In this document: piece by piece, positions 52,012 to 61,022 of the stretch
Layout of the letters: every line of letters begins with the position of its first letter
Numbering within the stretch: the stretch's first letter is position 1
NCBI GenBank assembly: GCA_963843575.1
Contig: CAWJKZ010000021.1
Location: 158,962 to 222,961 of the forward strand
Direction of reading: 5' to 3'
Length of the DNA stretch: 64,000 nucleotides
Source: an uncultured Acidobacteriota bacterium
Lineage (GTDB): Bacteria; Acidobacteriota; UBA6911
Made by a program: the position numbers and the translations under genes
The notes under the pieces: generated by a model
What the model saw: the letters and a program-made list of their open reading frames with translations, nothing else
What the model was told of the DNA's origin: nothing
Database searches by the model: none

Positions 52012-53232
52012 ATGGAAGAGGAACTCAAGGCTGCAAAGCCTGCGACCACTGCGGACGCCCTCATCGACCTCGAAAACGAGTACGGCGCACATAATTACAA
52101 CCCGCTGGACGTCGTCGTGCACCGGGCGTCGGGTGTCTGGGTGTACGACGTCGAGGGGAAGCGTTACCTCGACTGCCTGGCCGCCTATTCCGCCGTGAAC
52201 CAGGGACACTGCCATCCGGCCATCCTGCACGCGGCCGAGGAGCAGATGCGCCTCGTGACCCTGACCTCGCGCGCCTTCCGCAACGACCAGCTTCCGCTGC
52301 TGTGCCGGGACCTGCACGAACTCACCGGCATGGAGATGGCGTTGCCCATGAACTCCGGGGCGGAGGCGGTCGAAACGGCGCTGAAGGCGGCGCGCAAGTG
52401 GGGCTATACGTGCAAAGGGATCCCTCCGGGGAAGGCGGAGATCGTCGTCTGCGCCAACAACTTTCACGGCCGCACGATTTCGCTCGTGAGTTTTTCCACC
52501 GACGAACAGTACCGGCGCGGCTTCGAACCGTTCACCCCCGGTTTCAGGACGGTGCCGTACGGAGACAGCGACGCACTCCGCCGCGCACTGACTCCCAACA
52601 CCTGTGCCTTCCTGGTGGAGCCCATCCAGGGGGAGGCGGGAGTCGTCATCCCGCCGGACGGTTACCTCGAGGCGTGCTCCAGGCTGTGCAGGGAAAACGA
52701 CGTGCTGTTCGTGGCCGACGAGATCCAATCGGGGCTGGGGCGCGCCGGAAAGCTCTTCGCCTATTTGTACGAGGACGTCGAGCCCGACGTCCTGATCATA
52801 GGGAAAGCGCTCGCCGGCGGGTTCTACCCCGTCTCGGCCGTGCTGGCCTCCAAGGAGGTGCTCGGCGTCTTCGGGCCCGGCGACCACGGCAGCACGTTCG
52901 GCGGCAACCCCCTCGCCTGCGCCATCGCCCGGGCCGCGCTCCGCGTACTGCAGGAGGAGAAGCTCGTCGAGCGCTCCGCCGAACACGGCCGGTACTTCCT
53001 CGGGCTCCTGCGGACGCTGCGCTCCGCCGACATCGTCGAGGTAAGGGGCCGCGGCCTCTGGATCGGCCTCGAGCTCAAGCGTGGAGCACGCGGCTGCTGC
53101 GAGATCCTGAAGGAGCGGGGGATCCTCTGCAAGGAAACCCACGAACGCGTGATCCGGGTCGCGCCCCCCCTCGTGATCACGCGTGAGGAGATCGACTGGG
53201 CCTTCGAAAGGTTCCGCTCCGTCCTCGAATAG
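52012..53232 (+). CDS. rocD: Ornithine--oxo-acid transaminase
   Basis: [76 protein letters not shown]. Confidence 0.95.
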   Translation: MEEELKAAKPATTADALIDLENEYGAHNYNPLDVVVHRASGVWVYDVEGKRYLDCLAAYSAVNQGHCHPAILHAAEEQMRLVTLTSRAFRNDQLPLLCRDLHELTGMEMALPMNSGAEAVETALKAARKWGYTCKGIPPGKAEIVVCANNFHGRTISLVSFSTDEQYRRGFEPFTPGFRTVPYGDSDALRRALTPNTCAFLVEPIQGEAGVVIPPDGYLEACSRLCRENDVLFVADEIQSGLGRAGKLFAYLYEDVEPDVLIIGKALAGGFYPVSAVLASKEVLGVFGPGDHGSTFGGNPLACAIARAALRVLQEEKLVERSAEHGRYFLGLLRTLRSADIVEVRGRGLWIGLELKRGARGCCEILKERGILCKETHERVIRVAPPLVITREEIDWAFERFRSVLE

Positions 53233-53252
53233 CCCCGCGGACCTCACCATTT

Positions 53253-53274
53253 GGAGTGCGGCGGCTCGACGCCG
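53253..53274. repeat. GGAGTGC-family REP-like unit
   Basis: GGAGTGCGGCGGCTCGACGCCG just after rocD. Confidence 0.6.
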
Positions 53275-53310
53275 ACACTAGCCCATGTCTGCGGGCTTTC
53301 GCGCTATTCG

Positions 53311-53437
53311 CGTGCGTATGTGTTCGTGGCGTCGCTCGCGTTTCTGCTGGATCGAGCGTTGGAGAAAAAACTGCAATCGGCCGGCTCGGACATCTCATCG
53401 CGGGAGGGAGGCTTGGCAGTCGCTGCGGACAGTCCGG
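53311..53437 (+). mobile_element. Remnant of IS1634-family transposase C-terminus
   Basis: RAYVFVASLAFLLDRALEKKLQSAGSDISS then, after a frameshift, EAWQSLRTVR; resembles the IS1634 AHVFVAALAFLL.RALEKKL motif from memory; no start or DDE core. Confidence 0.6.
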
Positions 53438-53466
53438 ACACAGGCTACGCCTGTCACCAGGTCCAG

Positions 53467-53500
53467 ATCCGCGCGCAACCGCGAAAATCCGCGTCCGGGA
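53467..53500. repeat. ATCCGCG-family element, copy 3 (right arm)
   Basis: ATCCGCG 53467, AACCGCG 53477, ATCCGCG 53487 then TCCGGGAACGTC. Confidence 0.7.
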
Positions 53501-53593
53501 ACGTCTGTCAGCGCACTTCCGAACACCTGACCTGTACCAGGCCAACCTGCACTGGGCCGCTTACGCTCCACGTCCAGCGGTGGACCGACGAGC

Positions 53594-53602
53594 TGATATA
53601 AT
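53594..53602 (+). promoter_or_regulatory. Extended -10 promoter of qor
   Basis: TG-A-TATAAT, 28 nt upstream of the start codon. Confidence 0.65.
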
Positions 53603-53629
53603 GTTCCCGGTTATCTCGATGGGAGCCAC

Positions 53630-54601
53630 ATGATGAAAGCGATACGCGTGCATGAAACGGGCGGTCCCGAGGCACTCCAACTCGAAGAGATTGCCGTGCC
53701 GGCACCGGGCCCCGGCCAGGTACGGGTGCAAGTCAAGGCGATCGGTGTGAACTTCATCGACATCTACCACCGCAGCGGGCTCTACAAGCTCCAGCTTCCG
53801 TTCATCCCGGGTTCCGAGGCGGCCGGGATCGTTGATGCCGTCGGCGAAGGCGTCAAGACAGTGGCGGCGGGGGAGCGGGTGGCCTACGCCATGAATCCGG
53901 GCGCCTACGCCGAGTACGCGCTCGTCAACGACTGGCAGCTCGTGAAGCTCCCGGACGACGTCGATTTCCGCACGGCGGCCGCGCTGATGCTGCAAGGCAT
54001 GACCTCGCACTACCTCATGTACTCCACGTTTCCACTCCGCAGCGGGGAAGTCGCCCTGGTTCACGCCGCGGCCGGCGGGGTGGGGCTGCTGCTGCTGCAG
54101 ATCGGCAAGATGCTCGGAGCCACCCTGATCGGCACGGTTTCGACGCAGGGGAAACGGGAGCTGGCCCTGGAGGCGGGGGCCGACCACGTCGTCCTGTACG
54201 AAGAGAACGACTTCGAGGCGGAAGTGAAGAAGCTGACCGACGGCCACGGTGTCCACGTCGTGTACGATTCGGTCGGGCGGACCACGTTCGACCGCAGCCT
54301 GCGTTGTCTGCGGCCGCGCGGCATGCTGGTCCTTTTCGGACAATCCAGCGGGCCCGTGCCCCCCATCGATCCCGGCGTGCTGGCGGCGCGCGGCTCGGTC
54401 TACCTGACCCGGCCGAGCCTGGCCCATTACACGGCCAGCCCGGAGGAGATCGGCTGGCGCGCCGGCGACGTGCTGCGGTGGGTCGCCGAAGGACGGCTCA
54501 AGGTGCGCATCGACTCCAACTATCCGCTGGGCGAGGCGGCGGCGGCTCACCGCGCCCTCGCGGGCCGGAAGACCAGCGGCAAGATTATCCTCCAGCCCTG
54601 A
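53630..54601 (+). CDS. qor: NADPH:quinone oxidoreductase (zeta-crystallin/MDR)
   Basis: GVNFIDIYHRSGLY, HAAAGGVG, YDSVG, FGQSSG, GSVYLTRPSL, RKTSGK. Confidence 0.92.
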   Translation: MMKAIRVHETGGPEALQLEEIAVPAPGPGQVRVQVKAIGVNFIDIYHRSGLYKLQLPFIPGSEAAGIVDAVGEGVKTVAAGERVAYAMNPGAYAEYALVNDWQLVKLPDDVDFRTAAALMLQGMTSHYLMYSTFPLRSGEVALVHAAAGGVGLLLLQIGKMLGATLIGTVSTQGKRELALEAGADHVVLYEENDFEAEVKKLTDGHGVHVVYDSVGRTTFDRSLRCLRPRGMLVLFGQSSGPVPPIDPGVLAARGSVYLTRPSLAHYTASPEEIGWRAGDVLRWVAEGRLKVRIDSNYPLGEAAAAHRALAGRKTSGKIILQP

Positions 54602-54637
54602 GTCAGCCGCCTTACTACTGATGTTCACAGATGCGCT

Positions 54638-54727
54638 TTTTTCAGGACCCAAACTTGCGCGGATCCACACGGATCGGCCTAGCGAGCGTGAATCCGTTGA
54701 ATCCGCGCAAATCTGCGTCCTGAAAAA
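54638..54727. repeat. ATCCGCG-family element, copy 4, complete with 11-bp terminal inverted repeats (MITE-like)
   Basis: TTTTTCAGGAC 54638-54648 and GTCCTGAAAAA 54717-54727 enclose CGCGGAT/CACGGAT units facing ATCCG/ATCTG units at 10-nt period. Confidence 0.75.
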
Positions 54728-54754
54728 TACGTCAGCGTAATTATGAGACTGTAC

Positions 54755-55501
54755 TCAGTGCAGCCTGAAGATCACGGTCACGATCGCGAGCACCGGGACC
54801 GGCTCGCCGTTGAGCAGCGTAGGAGAATATTTCCACTGGCGTACTGCCTCGACCGCCGCGTCGCTCAGCAGCGGGTGGCCGCCCACTACCCGGACGGCCA
54901 CGACGTTTCCGTCGTCGTCCACCGCGACTTCGAGTGTCACTTCACCTGAAACCCGCGCCCTGCGGGCCAGTTCGGGGTATGCCGGCTCGACCCTGCGGAG
55001 CAGGCGGGACTCGAGCACTTTCCCGCCGATGCGCATCGCCTCCGTCGTCCGGTGCACCGGGGGTGGAGGCGGCGGCCGCAGCGGAGCAGCCGGCCGGCCG
55101 CCGGGCAGCAGCTCCGCCGGAATGCCCGGGAATCCGCCCGGGCCGAACGGTTGCCCCGGCACGCCGAATTCCGCCGCGGGCAGTTCCTCCGGCGGGAGTG
55201 GATCGAGGACGATGCCGTCCGGTATGATCGTCGGGGTTAAGAGCCCCAGCCTGATGGTGGCTGCGCCACCGCGGACCTGAGCCGTCCCAACCGGAGGGCG
55301 AGGCGGCTCGCGCGCGGGCGGCGTGGCTGGGGTGGCAATAAGGAACGTGAGCAGGCCTGCGCCCGGGATGACGTTCAGCCAGAACAGCGGCACCAGCACC
55401 AGCGCGCCGATCCCGACGATGTGAAGCACCAGCGAGACAAGAAGACTCGAGGCGCGGCGCAAGAAGCTGCGCTGTTCGCCGAACTCGGCCGATTCGAACA
55501 T
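54755..55501 (-). CDS. Energy transducer TonB-family protein
   Basis: TM SLVLHIVG, Pro-rich spacer, RVEPAYPELARRARVSG.V.L, AVEAVRQWKY.P.LLNG. Confidence 0.88.
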   Translation of the reverse strand: MFESAEFGEQRSFLRRASSLLVSLVLHIVGIGALVLVPLFWLNVIPGAGLLTFLIATPATPPAREPPRPPVGTAQVRGGAATIRLGLLTPTIIPDGIVLDPLPPEELPAAEFGVPGQPFGPGGFPGIPAELLPGGRPAAPLRPPPPPPVHRTTEAMRIGGKVLESRLLRRVEPAYPELARRARVSGEVTLEVAVDDDGNVVAVRVVGGHPLLSDAAVEAVRQWKYSPTLLNGEPVPVLAIVTVIFRLH

Positions 55502-55784
55502 GGTTCCCCCTTTCCGGCGCCCGGCGGCGCCCGGATCATCGAAGCCTGCGCTTTCCGTGATTTTTCACTGCTACTGGATTTGACCCTGCACGCCCGCCGA
55601 AGTTCCGGAGCGGGGATCATCGGGATTCATGGAGCATTTAACGACCGCACGAGCACGTCAGCCGAGACGAAGTCGATCGTGGGGCGGCCTCTTCACCCGG
55701 GCAGGGGTTGCCGCAGCCTTTCCCGCGCCGGTGTGCGATGATAAGCTTGAATGGGGTCCCCCTAAGCCAAACCGGAGAACAGTG

Positions 55785-56531
55785 ATGAGCAACCATGACG
55801 GAACGCAGGGCGAGATTCTCGCGCGTTTGCGCAAGCTCGAGGCACAGAACCGGCTCATCAAGAGGATCGGCCTCCTGGCGTTCCTCTCGGCCGGGGCGTT
55901 GTTCTGGATGGGGCAGGCCAGGACAGCGCGCAACGTCGAAGCGAGGAGGTTTACCCTGAAAGATGTCAAGGGGAAGCGGAGGGCGGAACTGGCGATAGAG
56001 CTCGGCCGCCCGGTACTGCTCTTCTACGACGAGATGGAGAGGGCGTCCGTGTCGATTGGGGTGGAGGAGGACGGTCCCGGCCTGACCCTGTACGACCCGG
56101 CCGGCCGCCAGTCGATGGTGCTGAGCGCGGCCGCAAACGGCCCCGTGTTGAGCATGTTCTCCCGCTCGGGGGTGAAACGGCTGAACATGAGCGTGGCGGC
56201 GCAGGGCCCTGTCATCGGACTGCTCGGGACCGCAGGGGAGGCCAGGGCGGCGTTCGGCGCCTCGGGTTCCGACAATACCTTTCTGCACCTGTTTTCCGAC
56301 AAGGAGCACGGCGGCGTGCAGCTTTCGGCCGGCGCGGACCGCGCGGTCGTGCGCATCTTCGACGGCGCCGACAAGCCCAGGGCCGTTTTGGGAATGCTGG
56401 AGAAGGAAAACACCCCGGGGCTGGTTCTCAACGACGGCGCGGGGGCCGCGCGGGTGATGCTGCTGTTGTTTCCCCGTGGTCCCGGGCTCGAGTTCCGCAG
56501 CGACAAAGACGTCGTCTGGCGGGCCCCCTGA
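55785..56531 (+). CDS. Membrane-anchored hypothetical protein with about 22-aa beta repeats
   Basis: Coiled coil ILARLRKLEAQNR, one TM segment, then repeats L.L(Y/F)D..G..R..L.....GP. Confidence 0.65.
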   Translation: MSNHDGTQGEILARLRKLEAQNRLIKRIGLLAFLSAGALFWMGQARTARNVEARRFTLKDVKGKRRAELAIELGRPVLLFYDEMERASVSIGVEEDGPGLTLYDPAGRQSMVLSAAANGPVLSMFSRSGVKRLNMSVAAQGPVIGLLGTAGEARAAFGASGSDNTFLHLFSDKEHGGVQLSAGADRAVVRIFDGADKPRAVLGMLEKENTPGLVLNDGAGAARVMLLLFPRGPGLEFRSDKDVVWRAP

Positions 56532-56533
56532 CG

Positions 56534-56929
56534 TCAGATGCCCTTGTGCGGTGTCAGCGACCGTGCGATCAGCCCAAGACCCCCGGCCAGCAGCGCCAGC
56601 ATGAAGAGCGTGTTGTAGAGCGACGTCGGGCGGAAATAGATGTCCATGTTCATCAGCACCCCCGCCAGGATGATCCCGAAACCCAGGACCGTCAGGATCC
56701 AGCCGGCCGGGGACTTTCCGTTGAAAAAGAGCATGCCGACGCCCACGAGCATCGGGACCAGGCTCAGGCCGAAGGCATTGACACCCCAGAGTCGTCCCCA
56801 CGACGTGGTCACCTCCACCTGGTTGAGGAACAGGTAGGCTCCGATCCCGGCCATGATCAGGCCTGCGAAAAACTGACCGATTCCCCCGGGCGTCCCACCG
56901 GCTCCGACATTCTTCGTCTCTTCCCCCAT
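56534..56929 (-). CDS. Small four-TM membrane protein
   Basis: GAGGTPGGIGQFFAGL..., four hydrophobic segments. Confidence 0.7.
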   Translation of the reverse strand: MGEETKNVGAGGTPGGIGQFFAGLIMAGIGAYLFLNQVEVTTSWGRLWGVNAFGLSLVPMLVGVGMLFFNGKSPAGWILTVLGFGIILAGVLMNMDIYFRPTSLYNTLFMLALLAGGLGLIARSLTPHKGI

Positions 56930-57148
56930 GCCCCGCCCCTCCATCGTTGTGAGTCGTCTTCAAAGGTCTCAGAAAGCCGCCCGGCCCCGTTGCCCCGCGG
57001 CCGCGCGGCGGGTCCGATTATAGGGCGACCGTCGCATCTGGCAACGGCCACCACGGGCCCCAACGCGAACTCCGTGCCCCGGCTCGCGTGGCTGTTGCTC
57101 TGAAGCGGCGAGACCATTATAGTCAGGTTCGCGGAAGGATATTCGAAG

Positions 57149-57940
57149 ATGCACCCACGACTGCTGACGACCCCCTATTTCACCCTTCACACGTTCGGCG
57201 TTTTGCTGGCCGCGGCTTACCTCGCGGCGCTGTGGTGGATCACCCGCAGCGCCAAGCGGGAGGGGCTCGACCCGGAGCGGATGATGTCGCTCGGGCTGTG
57301 GGCGATCGTCGGGGCGGTGATCGGGGCCAAGCTGCTGATGGTCTTGCGGACGCTGCCGGAGTATCTGGCCGACCCGTCGCAGTTGTGGGCGCTGTCGACG
57401 CTGCAGAGCGCGGGCGATTTCTACGGGGGCTTCCTGGGCGCCCTGGCCGCCGTGGCGGTGTATTTCGCGCGCACGCCGCAGCTGCGCGTCTGGCGGACCG
57501 CCGACATATGCGCGCCAGCGATCGCGCTGGGGCAGGCGATCGGGCGCGTGGGCTGCTTCATGGCGGGTGACGACTACGGAAGCCCCGCGACGGTGCCGTG
57601 GGCCGTGAGGTTCACCGACCCGGACGCCTACAGCATCGGGGGTGCGCCGCTCGGGGTACCGCTGCACCCCGTGCAGCTCTACGAATCCGCCGTGTGCCTG
57701 GCGCTCTTCCTGTTTCTGGTGCGGCTCTCGCGCCGCAGGCGTTTCGACGGGCAGGTCATCCTGTCCTACACGCTGCTGTATGCGGCCGCACGCTTCCTGC
57801 TGGAATTCGTCCGCGGCGACGAGGATCGGGGCTTCCTGCTGCAGGGGCTCCTGTCCACATCCCAGTTCATCGCGTTGCTCCTCGCCGCCGCGAGTGTGGT
57901 GCTTTGGTGGAAGAGACGTGCCTCTCGGAGGGGAATATGA
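57149..57940 (+). CDS. lgt: Prolipoprotein diacylglyceryl transferase
   Basis: FYGGFLG, LGQAIGRVGCFMAG..YG, LHPVQLYES, RFLLEFVRGD. Confidence 0.9.
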   Translation: MHPRLLTTPYFTLHTFGVLLAAAYLAALWWITRSAKREGLDPERMMSLGLWAIVGAVIGAKLLMVLRTLPEYLADPSQLWALSTLQSAGDFYGGFLGALAAVAVYFARTPQLRVWRTADICAPAIALGQAIGRVGCFMAGDDYGSPATVPWAVRFTDPDAYSIGGAPLGVPLHPVQLYESAVCLALFLFLVRLSRRRRFDGQVILSYTLLYAAARFLLEFVRGDEDRGFLLQGLLSTSQFIALLLAAASVVLWWKRRASRRGI

Positions 57941-58620
57941 AACCCAGGATCGGGGTGGTGCTTTCCGGTTGTGGCGTGCTGGACGGTTCGGAGATCCACG
58001 AGGCAACCCTGACGCTTTACTTTCTTGACAAGCACGGCGCCGAGGCCGTCTGCCTGGCGCCCGACAAGGACCAGGCAGAGGTCGTGGATCACGTCCGAGG
58101 AGAATCGGCGGCGGAGAAACGCAACGTCCTGCGCGAGTCCGCGCGGATCGCGCGGGGAGCGATCTCGGACGTGGCTGCCGGCAGGGCCGCCGACCTCGAC
58201 GGCGCGATCCTCCCGGGCGGGTACGGTGCGGCGAAGAACCTGTCCAACTTTGCGTCCGACGGGGCGCGCTGCCAGGTGGACCCGGGTGTTCGCCGCCTGC
58301 TGCTCGACCTGCACGCCGCGGGAAAGCCGATAGGCGCGCTGTGCATCGCGCCGGCGCTGATCGCGGCCCTGTTCGGTTCCGAGCACGTTCGTTTGACGAT
58401 CGGCACGGATGCGGGGACCGCGTCGGTCCTGGAACAGACGGGCGCGCGGCACGTCGTTGCCCGCACCGGCGACGTCGTGGTCGACGAGGAGCTCCGGATC
58501 GTCACCACACCGTGCTATATGACCGCGCGCACGATCGGCGAGGTGGGGGACGGCATCGAGAAGGCGGTCCTGAAAGTGCTTGAGCTCGTCCGCACCAGCA
58601 AGGCCTCGGGCCGCGCGTAA
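57937..58620 (+). CDS. elbB: DJ-1/PfpI-family glyoxalase ElbB
   Basis: VLSGCGVLDGSEIHEA, RNVLRESARIARG, PGGYGAAKNL, CIAP, TPCYM. Confidence 0.92.
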   Translation: MKPRIGVVLSGCGVLDGSEIHEATLTLYFLDKHGAEAVCLAPDKDQAEVVDHVRGESAAEKRNVLRESARIARGAISDVAAGRAADLDGAILPGGYGAAKNLSNFASDGARCQVDPGVRRLLLDLHAAGKPIGALCIAPALIAALFGSEHVRLTIGTDAGTASVLEQTGARHVVARTGDVVVDEELRIVTTPCYMTARTIGEVGDGIEKAVLKVLELVRTSKASGRA

Positions 58621-58841
58621 GCCGCGGCGATCTGCTTCACGGCGGCAGCGGGCCCCCCGGCGCACCAGCCAGCCACGATCGCTCCGGGCGGCCTCGCCTG
58701 CCATGAGCCCCCCGCCCTTTGATCCCCGTCCCGGCACCGCATCGAACGGTCAGGGAGGGGCTGGCGGCACGGCCTTTACCGCGAAGGCGCGAACGTTCAT
58801 ACTGTCTGTCGGCCCGTGGGCCGGGGAAAGGGGGTGCGGCA

Positions 58842-60194
58842 GTGAACTCGAGACCTGATGAGCCATTGAATCGACTGGTGGCAGACGCCATTCTTGGCAT
58901 CGACACGCTCTGGGGCGGGGACGTCATGAACCCGTCCGGTACCGGGCGCTTCATCGCCGACTCCTGGTTTTCCGACGAGCCGCTGCCGCCCGCCTACACG
59001 CATCCCCTGGCGGCCCGGGTGCGGGAGAGCGGTGGTGTCTCGGCTGCGCAACCCGACCGGACGGCGATCGAGGAATACCTTGGGGCCATCGACATCGCCG
59101 GAGCCATCAAGGGGATGGCTGAGGAGGCGAAAAGGGTGGGGCGGCGCCGTCGCGCCTACATCAAGGGGCTGGCCGTCTGTTTCGAGGCGATGTGGGACCT
59201 TGCCATGGAGATCCTCGGCAAGGGGGAAGCGGTACCCTACGACCGCTGCGTGCTCGCCTCCACGGGCCGCTGCCCGGAGCCGTCGCAGCCCGATGCAAAG
59301 CGGCAGCGCGCCGGGGAAATCCTGGCGCGGGCGGGGTACCCGACCGGCTCGAACGAAGAGTTGCTCTTGGCCGTCGACGCGTGGCGCGCCGAGCGGCTCG
59401 TCCCGGCAAGATCGATCGCGGCCCTGGGGGCGGCGTTCATCGCGAAATACGACGCGCTCTCGACCCGCCACCTCCTGCCCTTCCTGCCGCAGGCGCTCCG
59501 GCCCGTGCCGCGCGCCAACATCCGCTTCCTGCCCATCAAAGACGCGTGGTTCTCCGGGTCGATGAACTACCTCGGCCGCGCCCGTAAGCCGGACGGCAGC
59601 CCCGAGTATGAGGCCTCCTACGAAATCAACGCGTCGCTCGAGATCTCCGTGCCGGAATTCGAGCAGCTGGTCAGCCACGAGGTGGTGCCCGGCCACGTGA
59701 CCAGCTTCGCCTACCTGCAGAACCTCTTCTGGCGCGGCAAGGTCGGCTTCGAAGCCTCCGTCCTGACCATGAACACGCGGGCTGCCGCCCTCTGCGAGGG
59801 GATCGCCAACAACGCACTCCTCATCGCCTGCGGGGTGACCGAGGTGGAACAGCTTGCCGACGAAGATCTCCAGCTGGGCCTGCTGCTTGCCCTGCTCCAG
59901 GACGACGCCAAGAACCAGGCGTCGTACCTCACCTGGCACGAGCGCCTGCCGCAACCCGAAGTCGCTGCGACGCTGCGCCGGGATTTCCTGGTCACCGAGG
60001 AACGCGCGCAAAAGCTCTCAGGGGCATGGGGTCGCCATCCCCTGCTCGGCCGCATGTACCTGCCCGCCTACCGCGCGGGCACCGAGCTGGTGGCTGGACT
60101 GCGCCGCAGGTATCCTGCCGAAAAGGTGTTGCCGGTCCTGTACGGCTGCAACGGGCTGGTGGACGTGACTACCGTCGAGGCGGCCATCCGCTAG
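58842..60194 (+). CDS. Conserved hypothetical protein, DUF885-like metallopeptidase motifs
   Basis: Intact ORF; HEVVPGH plus downstream EGIA; GTG start inferred. Confidence 0.65.
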   Translation: MNSRPDEPLNRLVADAILGIDTLWGGDVMNPSGTGRFIADSWFSDEPLPPAYTHPLAARVRESGGVSAAQPDRTAIEEYLGAIDIAGAIKGMAEEAKRVGRRRRAYIKGLAVCFEAMWDLAMEILGKGEAVPYDRCVLASTGRCPEPSQPDAKRQRAGEILARAGYPTGSNEELLLAVDAWRAERLVPARSIAALGAAFIAKYDALSTRHLLPFLPQALRPVPRANIRFLPIKDAWFSGSMNYLGRARKPDGSPEYEASYEINASLEISVPEFEQLVSHEVVPGHVTSFAYLQNLFWRGKVGFEASVLTMNTRAAALCEGIANNALLIACGVTEVEQLADEDLQLGLLLALLQDDAKNQASYLTWHERLPQPEVAATLRRDFLVTEERAQKLSGAWGRHPLLGRMYLPAYRAGTELVAGLRRRYPAEKVLPVLYGCNGLVDVTTVEAAIR

Positions 60195-60223
60195 TTCGAC
60201 GTCGCCGTCCGGGAGACGCGGAG

Positions 60224-60862
60224 ATGTCGGGAAACGGCAGGATCTCAACCGTGCTTTTCGACTGGGACGGCACCCTGCTGGACTCGGCGCGCCTCGGCCT
60301 GCTCGCCTTCCGCGCCACCTTCGCCGAACTCGGCATCGCGTTCCCGGAGGAGCTGTACAGGTCCGCGTACTCGCCCAACTGGTATGCGATGTACGAGGCG
60401 ATGCGCGTCCCAAGGGAGTCGTGGGCGGCCGCAGACCGCCTGTGGCTTCAGCACTACGGCGAGGAAACCCCCGCACTGGTCCCCGGAGCGCGGCAAACCC
60501 TGCTGGACCTGTCCGGAAAGGGCTACCGCCTGGGGATCGTCAGCAGCGGCTCGGAGTGCCGTGTGCGCCGGGAAATCGCGCAGCTGGACCTGGACCGGTT
60601 GTTCCAGGTCGTGGTCTGCAACGAAAACACCACCCACAAGAAACCCCACCCGGAGGGGCTGGAAACCGCCATCTTCGCCCTTGGCTGTCCAAAAGACGCG
60701 TGCTGCTACGTGGGCGACAGCCCGGAAGACATCCTGATGGGCAGGCGGGCCGGCATCTTGACCATCGGAGTGCGCAGCGCCTATCCCGGCAGCGACCGCC
60801 TCCCGGCTGCCTGCCCCGACCTCCTGCTGGAGAATGTGCACGAGGTGCTTCTGCACCTTTGA
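60224..60862 (+). CDS. HAD-IA hydrolase (phosphoglycolate phosphatase-like)
   Basis: FDWDGTLLDS, GIVSS, KKPHPEGL, YVGDS..D. Confidence 0.9.
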   Translation: MSGNGRISTVLFDWDGTLLDSARLGLLAFRATFAELGIAFPEELYRSAYSPNWYAMYEAMRVPRESWAAADRLWLQHYGEETPALVPGARQTLLDLSGKGYRLGIVSSGSECRVRREIAQLDLDRLFQVVVCNENTTHKKPHPEGLETAIFALGCPKDACCYVGDSPEDILMGRRAGILTIGVRSAYPGSDRLPAACPDLLLENVHEVLLHL

Positions 60863-61022
60863 GGGCCGGCTGGCCGCCCCATGAAACCCCGGGGCTGCGT
60901 CGGGCCGCCGCGCCCGCCCGCACCACTTTGGCGCTCCGGATCCGCCTGTAAAGGTGTACAATTCTCCGGGTTACGGGAATTCTCGAGCATCGACACACAC
61001 TCACCGATCGGACTGACAAGCC

